Shown here piece after piece: positions 59,798 through 64,000 of a DNA stretch of 64,000 bases. The stretch is from the IMG/VR virus record IMGVR_UViG_3300007351_000001; one strand, 5' to 3'. The stretch is from a virus (Duplodnaviria > Heunggongvirae > Uroviricota > Caudoviricetes). Every line of letters starts with the position of its first letter. Positions within the stretch are counted from its first letter, which is position 1. Position numbers and translations under genes: made by a program. The notes under the pieces are model-generated. The model was not told the DNA's origin. It saw nothing but the letters and a program-made list of their open reading frames with translations, and made no database searches.

Positions 59798-60137
59798 CGA
59801 CGCGCTGAGCATCATCGACCCGGAAGTCCGGCGCCACTTCCCCATCTTCATGGCGCTGCTCTTCCAGCGGGTGCAGCGCACACTCTTGCCGGAGATCCTC
59901 GACATCTTCGGTGAAGAGGCGTTCCTCAAGTTCATCGACGTCTTCGCCGGTACCACGATCACGGTGCCGGACCGGACCGTGCTCACCAACCTAGTCCGCG
60001 ACGCCGACATCTACGCACGGCTGCAGGAAGGGGAAAGCACCGAGGCGCTCGCCAACAAGTACGGCATCACCCAGGAAGCCGTGCGCTGGATCCATCACCA
60101 GGTGAAGCGCGTGGCCGTAGAGGCGATCACGCCATGA
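59772..60137 (+). CDS. Mor/C-family-like transcriptional activator (121 aa)
   Basis: LLPEILDIFGEEAFLKFIDVFAGTTITVPDR...TEALANKYGITQEAVRWIHHQ matches the Mor pattern (FGG..LYIPK ... C-terminal HTH). Confidence 0.6.
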   Translation: MAAEQLVGDDALSIIDPEVRRHFPIFMALLFQRVQRTLLPEILDIFGEEAFLKFIDVFAGTTITVPDRTVLTNLVRDADIYARLQEGESTEALANKYGITQEAVRWIHHQVKRVAVEAITP

Positions 60138-60784
60138 CCAAGGCTTCTCCTCCCCCGACTCCGAGCAACGTCGTGCCTATCGCGGGCAAGGGACGCCGTC
60201 GGAAGAAGGGCGCTGCTGCCGCGGCCCCACCACCACCGCCGGCTCCACCGCCACCAGAGCCGTCACAGGGCAACCTGAACAACATCGCTGGCTGGGTCGG
60301 ACGTGACAGTGCCGATGTCGGTATGGCCGGTCCGTCGTTCCAATCAGTGGTGAAGAACGGCCGCGACGAGATGGTCGTGATTCAGCTCGCGTACGCGCGC
60401 CACGTCGTCGCCAACCGCCTGCCTGGGCTGGTGAGTCTCGCCGGTCGCGTCGAGCAGGCGCTGATGAAGAAGCTCGACGGGAAGCTCGAAGACTTCGACG
60501 TCAAGCAGCTCTGGGGCATGCTCGGACTCACGCAGAAGCACATCGAGGCGTCGATGGCGGCGGTTCAGGTCGTTGTTGACGGGCCGAAGCCGATCATGCC
60601 GCCGCTCGATGATCCCAACCCGAGCGCCTCGCGGCAGCTCGCTGCCAACCTCCCCGAGCGCAGCCGTGAGCGCATGCGCCGCTTGATGCAGTACCTTGCG
60701 ACCGCCGCCGAGCAGTTCTCGGACGACGAGCGTGCGGCGACTGCCCGCCCGATCACTGATGATCCTCCAACCAACCCAGGATGA
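60134..60784 (+). CDS. hypothetical protein, candidate terminase small subunit (216 aa)
   Basis: Position immediately upstream of and overlapping terminase large subunit; Pro/Ala-rich N-terminus. Confidence 0.45.
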   Translation: MTKASPPPTPSNVVPIAGKGRRRKKGAAAAAPPPPPAPPPPEPSQGNLNNIAGWVGRDSADVGMAGPSFQSVVKNGRDEMVVIQLAYARHVVANRLPGLVSLAGRVEQALMKKLDGKLEDFDVKQLWGMLGLTQKHIEASMAAVQVVVDGPKPIMPPLDDPNPSASRQLAANLPERSRERMRRLMQYLATAAEQFSDDERAATARPITDDPPTNPG

Positions 60785-62810
60785 GCAGCGGCTGCTCGCG
60801 CGTGTGCTTGATGAAGCGAAGCATCACGACCGGATCTTCTTCAACGCGCTCTCTGACCACGAGCAGCAGGCCGCGCTAGCGATGCTTCGCGAGTTGCGCC
60901 TGCAGGGCAACTCGCCAACGCTCGATCAGTTCTGGGAGATCGACTACGAACGCCGGCCGTTGACGGTCGCGCAGTTCTTCGACGACCCGTACCACTGCGG
61001 GAAGTTCTTGCACGAGAACCTCTACGACGTCTGGCGACAGGATATGCAGGACGTCGTCGAGGGGCACTGCATCGAGTGGATCTTGGCCGGCGCCATCGGC
61101 GTGGGGAAGACCACGGTCGCCATGGCGTTCATGCTCTACATGATCCAGCGTCTGCTCTGCATGCGCGACCCGTGCGGGTACTACAAGACGCCGGCCGGCA
61201 TCGTCTTCGCGTTCTTCTCGATCATCGTGCACCTCGCCAAGTCAGTCGAGTACAACATCCTCACCACCGAGTTGCTCGACTCTGAGTTCTTCCGCTCGCT
61301 GACCGCTGTCGACGAGGACAAGCGGCGCACCGAGCAGAACGCCGTGCTCCTCTTCCCGAAGAACATCAAGTTCGCCTTCGGGTCGAAGGCCGTCCACACC
61401 CTCGGCCAGAACGTCTACGCCGGGGTGATGGACGAGGTGGCGTTCGCCGGAGGCACCGAGAACTCGCAGATGGTCACGCTCTACAACAACGTCCGGCGCC
61501 GCATGGAGTCGCGTTTCATGGACGAGCAGAGCGAGGACCAGCCGGGCGTGCTCTGCATCGTGTCGTCGGCCAACCGTGAGGGTGACTTCCTCGACACCCA
61601 CATCAAGGCGCACCGTGACGACCCCATGGTGCACATCAGCACCTACGCCCGCTGGCACGTGAAGCCGTTCCCTGGCCCGTGGTTCCGCGTCCAGGTTGGT
61701 GACAAGCTGCACGCCTCGCGCGTCCTCGACGTCGTCGAGGAGAGCGTTGACCGTAAGGGTGAGCGCAAGGTGGTGCCACAGTCCGAGCCTGCCCTGGGCG
61801 CCAACGTCGTCGAAGTGCCAGCGCAGTTCTACCAGCAGTTCGTCGAGGACATTGAAGGCGCCTTGCGTGACATTGCCGGTGTCTCGATCTTCACCTCGAA
61901 CCCGGTGTTCCCACACCGCGAGAAGATCTACGCCTGCGCCACCGACGAGCTGCCCTTCCCATTCACCGTCGACGAGCCGCGGGTGCACATTCACTCTGAC
62001 ATCGAGCTGGAGCACGTGTTCAAGAAGGAGGCGCTCTTCAAGTGCGTCGATCCCTTCCGCGATGTTTGGCAGATCATTCGCCACCCGGCGTCGCCGCGGT
62101 TTGTTCACGTCGACCTTGGGCTGAAGCACGACTCGTGCGGCATCGCGATCTGTCACATCGCGGGTGTGAAGACCGTCACGCGTCTCGACAACCAGGACAA
62201 GGCGCACCAGGAGGTCGCTCCAATGGTCGAGTTCGACCTGGTGGTGCGCATCCCGCCGACACCGAACTCCGAGATCGACATCGCCAAGGTGCGCTCGTTC
62301 ATCTTCTTCTTGATCAAGCTCGGGATGCCGGTGCAGTTCGTCAGCTACGACGGCTTCGCCTCCGAGGAGTCGCTGCAGGTGTTCGTGAAGGCGTCGATCG
62401 AGGCCAAGCGCATCTCGGTCGACAAAGACCCGGCCGCATACCTCTCGCTCAAGTCGGCGATCATGGAGGAGCGGGCGCGGTACTACGGGTACGAGCCGAT
62501 GATGCGCGAGCTGGCGCAGCTGCAGCGCGTCGACCCCAAGCCAGGCACAATCATGTGGCACCGCAAGTTCAAGATCGACCACCCGCCGAAGGGCTCGAAG
62601 GACGCCTCCGACGCCGCGGCCGGCGCGTGCTACATGTGCGTGACCAGCAAGTTCGCCGAGACGCAGCTGCTCTCGCCGGAGGTCCTGGCCGGCGCCAAGG
62701 AGGCCTTCGGCAAGCCGCCGCTGCAGATACCGGCTGAGCCGATTAGCTGGGCCATCCGCGACCACGACGAGGCCGACGTCATCGCCAAGTACCTCGATGG
62801 TGGATTCTGA
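60759..62810 (+). CDS. terminase large subunit (ATPase + nuclease), ~683 aa
   Basis: Walker A GAIGVGKTTVAMAF, Walker B-like AGVMDEVAFAG, C-terminal nuclease region with conserved acidic residues; start taken at in-frame ATG 60759. Confidence 0.85.
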   Translation: MILQPTQDEQRLLARVLDEAKHHDRIFFNALSDHEQQAALAMLRELRLQGNSPTLDQFWEIDYERRPLTVAQFFDDPYHCGKFLHENLYDVWRQDMQDVVEGHCIEWILAGAIGVGKTTVAMAFMLYMIQRLLCMRDPCGYYKTPAGIVFAFFSIIVHLAKSVEYNILTTELLDSEFFRSLTAVDEDKRRTEQNAVLLFPKNIKFAFGSKAVHTLGQNVYAGVMDEVAFAGGTENSQMVTLYNNVRRRMESRFMDEQSEDQPGVLCIVSSANREGDFLDTHIKAHRDDPMVHISTYARWHVKPFPGPWFRVQVGDKLHASRVLDVVEESVDRKGERKVVPQSEPALGANVVEVPAQFYQQFVEDIEGALRDIAGVSIFTSNPVFPHREKIYACATDELPFPFTVDEPRVHIHSDIELEHVFKKEALFKCVDPFRDVWQIIRHPASPRFVHVDLGLKHDSCGIAICHIAGVKTVTRLDNQDKAHQEVAPMVEFDLVVRIPPTPNSEIDIAKVRSFIFFLIKLGMPVQFVSYDGFASEESLQVFVKASIEAKRISVDKDPAAYLSLKSAIMEERARYYGYEPMMRELAQLQRVDPKPGTIMWHRKFKIDHPPKGSKDASDAAAGACYMCVTSKFAETQLLSPEVLAGAKEAFGKPPLQIPAEPISWAIRDHDEADVIAKYLDGGF

Positions 62811-62848
62811 GGAGTTGCGCATGGGGTGTGGAGCTGACACTCTGACGC

Positions 62849-62937
62849 GGGACAGTGGCCGAGTCCGGCTGAAGGCACCAGTCTCGAAAACTGGCGACGG
62901 CGCAAGTCGTCCGAGCGTTCAAATCGCTCCTGTCCCG
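62849..62937 (+). tRNA. tRNA-Ser (anticodon CGA), class II with long variable arm
   Basis: Acceptor GGGACAG/CTGTCCC, D-arm GCCGAGTCCGGCTGAAGGC, anticodon stem CCAGT/ACTGG loop CTCGAAA, variable arm CGACGGCGCAAGTCGTCCG, T-arm GAGCG-TTCAAAT-CGCTC. Confidence 0.8.
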
Positions 62938-63002
62938 CCTTCCCAGGACCGGGAGGAGTCCCACGGGCTCCTCCCGTGTCCAACCTGGCGACGAGGGTGG
63001 TG

Positions 63003-63344
63003 ATGTCACACCGTAACCTCGTCGTCCGCCGTCTCGCTCGGGAGACGAACATCTCGCTGGAGGTCGCGCAGCAGCGCTACGCCGAGCTGTGCACCGTCAT
63101 GCAGCAGCTGCTCGTTGAAGGATGCGACGTGCGTCTCACCGGGATCGGGAAGATCGTCCCCGATCATCACCCGGCGCCGCATCGCGCGATTGTGCGCTTT
63201 GTCGCCGGCAAGGGCCTGCGGGCTGCCCTGCGACAGATCTTGAAGCCTACCGAGTGGGAGAAGGATCCATTCAGCTCGACCGAAGGCATTCGTGGTATAG
63301 ACCAGACTTGGGCTGCGGTGGTGGGCCGCGAGCACGGAGGGTAG
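63003..63344 (+). CDS. HU/IHF-like DNA-binding protein (113 aa)
   Basis: DVRLTGIGKIVPDHHPAPHRAIVRFVAGKGLRAAL matches the HU arm region (GFG.F....R.AR.GRNP.TG..I.I.A.......GK.LK). Confidence 0.7.
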   Translation: MSHRNLVVRRLARETNISLEVAQQRYAELCTVMQQLLVEGCDVRLTGIGKIVPDHHPAPHRAIVRFVAGKGLRAALRQILKPTEWEKDPFSSTEGIRGIDQTWAAVVGREHGG

Positions 63345-63348
63345 GCGG

Positions 63349-64000
63349 ATGGCGTGGTGGCAGGAAGTGCTCCAACAGCTGTACCAACGGCCGCAGATCG
63401 ACGGGCCGGCGATCGGCGATGAACTCAGTCCGATCGGTGCGTTCTACGCGCACCAGATGCAGCTCGGCAGCCAGCGCATCAAGAAGTACAAGGACTACAC
63501 CGACATGGCTGCCGACACGCTCATCTCGGGCGCGCTCGACATCTACGCCGACGAGGTGACGCAGTACGATCGTGTCCAGGGCTCCTCGATCTGGCCGGTG
63601 GCAAAGAACCGCCAGGTCGGCCAGGCGCTGCGCAAGCTCCTCGACAACATCGAGGCTGAGCAGTACTTGCACGGGCTCGCGCGCTACCTGTCGTGCATGG
63701 GCGACAACTTCGTCCACCCGCTCTTCTCATCGCAGACTGGCGGCATCGTCGGCATGGAGTTCGTCGACGCCGAAGACGTCGAGCGCATCGTCGACAAGTT
63801 CAACCGCCTGGTTGGCTTCCGCTACGGCGGGCAGCGCAAGCTCCTCGACCCGTGGTCGTTCATCCACTTCCGGATTGTCTCGCGTACGCAATCGGTGAAG
63901 CTCGGTGGTGGGATCTACGGCACCTCGATGCTGGAGAACGCGCGCAAGACGTGGCGGCAGCTGACGCTGCTCGAAGATGCGCTGGTCGTCTACCGCCTCG
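63349..64000 (+). CDS. probable portal (or other head-morphogenesis) protein, N-terminal part; continues beyond window
   Basis: ATG 63349 after GGAGGGTAGGCGG; open to window end (>217 codons); first large gene downstream of terminase. Confidence 0.5.
   Translation, partial: MAWWQEVLQQLYQRPQIDGPAIGDELSPIGAFYAHQMQLGSQRIKKYKDYTDMAADTLISGALDIYADEVTQYDRVQGSSIWPVAKNRQVGQALRKLLDNIEAEQYLHGLARYLSCMGDNFVHPLFSSQTGGIVGMEFVDAEDVERIVDKFNRLVGFRYGGQRKLLDPWSFIHFRIVSRTQSVKLGGGIYGTSMLENARKTWRQLTLLEDALVVYRL

Noticed and set aside
1-64000. CRISPR array, integrase, attL/attR or transposase signatures
   Set aside because: No spaced direct-repeat arrays were seen, no tyrosine/serine recombinase motifs and no IS-like terminal inverted repeats. 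The tRNAs are interspersed in operons rather than flanking an integration junction.
1-64000. Stop-codon reassignment suggested by the RF1-like gene plus many tRNAs
   Set aside because: Long genes (1110-aa polymerase, 704-aa terminase ORF, 598-aa flotillin) are uninterrupted in standard code, and no tRNA has a CUA/UCA/UUA anticodon.

Overview
This 64-kb window is high-GC (roughly 65-67%) and reads as a contiguous stretch of a large virulent-type phage or phage-like element, not ordinary bacterial chromosome. It carries 10 tRNA or tRNA-like genes scattered between protein genes and a complete phage replication module. It ends with a terminase large subunit, a tRNA, an HU-like protein and the start of a probable portal gene.

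The left third (1-14.2 kb) is almost entirely leftward-transcribed small genes of unknown function. Embedded in it are tRNAs, a DUF2958 protein, two paralogous HTH proteins and an N-terminally truncated RF1-like release factor.

The centre holds three glycosyltransferases with Cys-rich small proteins and tRNA-Phe/His, followed by more leftward genes. An AT-rich intergenic hub with iteron-like repeats and three more tRNAs follows.

From 23.9 kb the genes run rightward:
- a MoxR-like AAA+ ATPase plus a DUF2201 (HExxH metallopeptidase-VWA) pair
- ATP-dependent DNA ligase, ECF-type sigma factor, SF2 helicase, DnaB-like helicase, HNH zinc finger and DnaG-like primase
- a family-A DNA polymerase with an N-terminal UDG-like domain, a gp32-like SSB, an HNH endonuclease, FEN, a macro-domain protein and a RecA-like recombinase
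- a membrane module: two PspA/IM30 homologues, RtcB RNA ligase, a YqiJ/NfeD-like protein and a flotillin
- NAD+ salvage (NadV plus NadM-Nudix), dCMP deaminase, a Mor-like activator and terminase

The strongest non-obvious signal is a ~30-bp motif, YTGGCAC-N5-TCGCAC-NTTTGYNCCGGT, with sigma54 -24/-12 architecture. It recurs six times, always 0-35 nt upstream of a start codon.

All calls come from reading the sequence and the ORF track without database searches. Start codons are often GTG/TTG and many starts are uncertain. Coordinates of regulatory and RNA features may be off by 1-2 nt.
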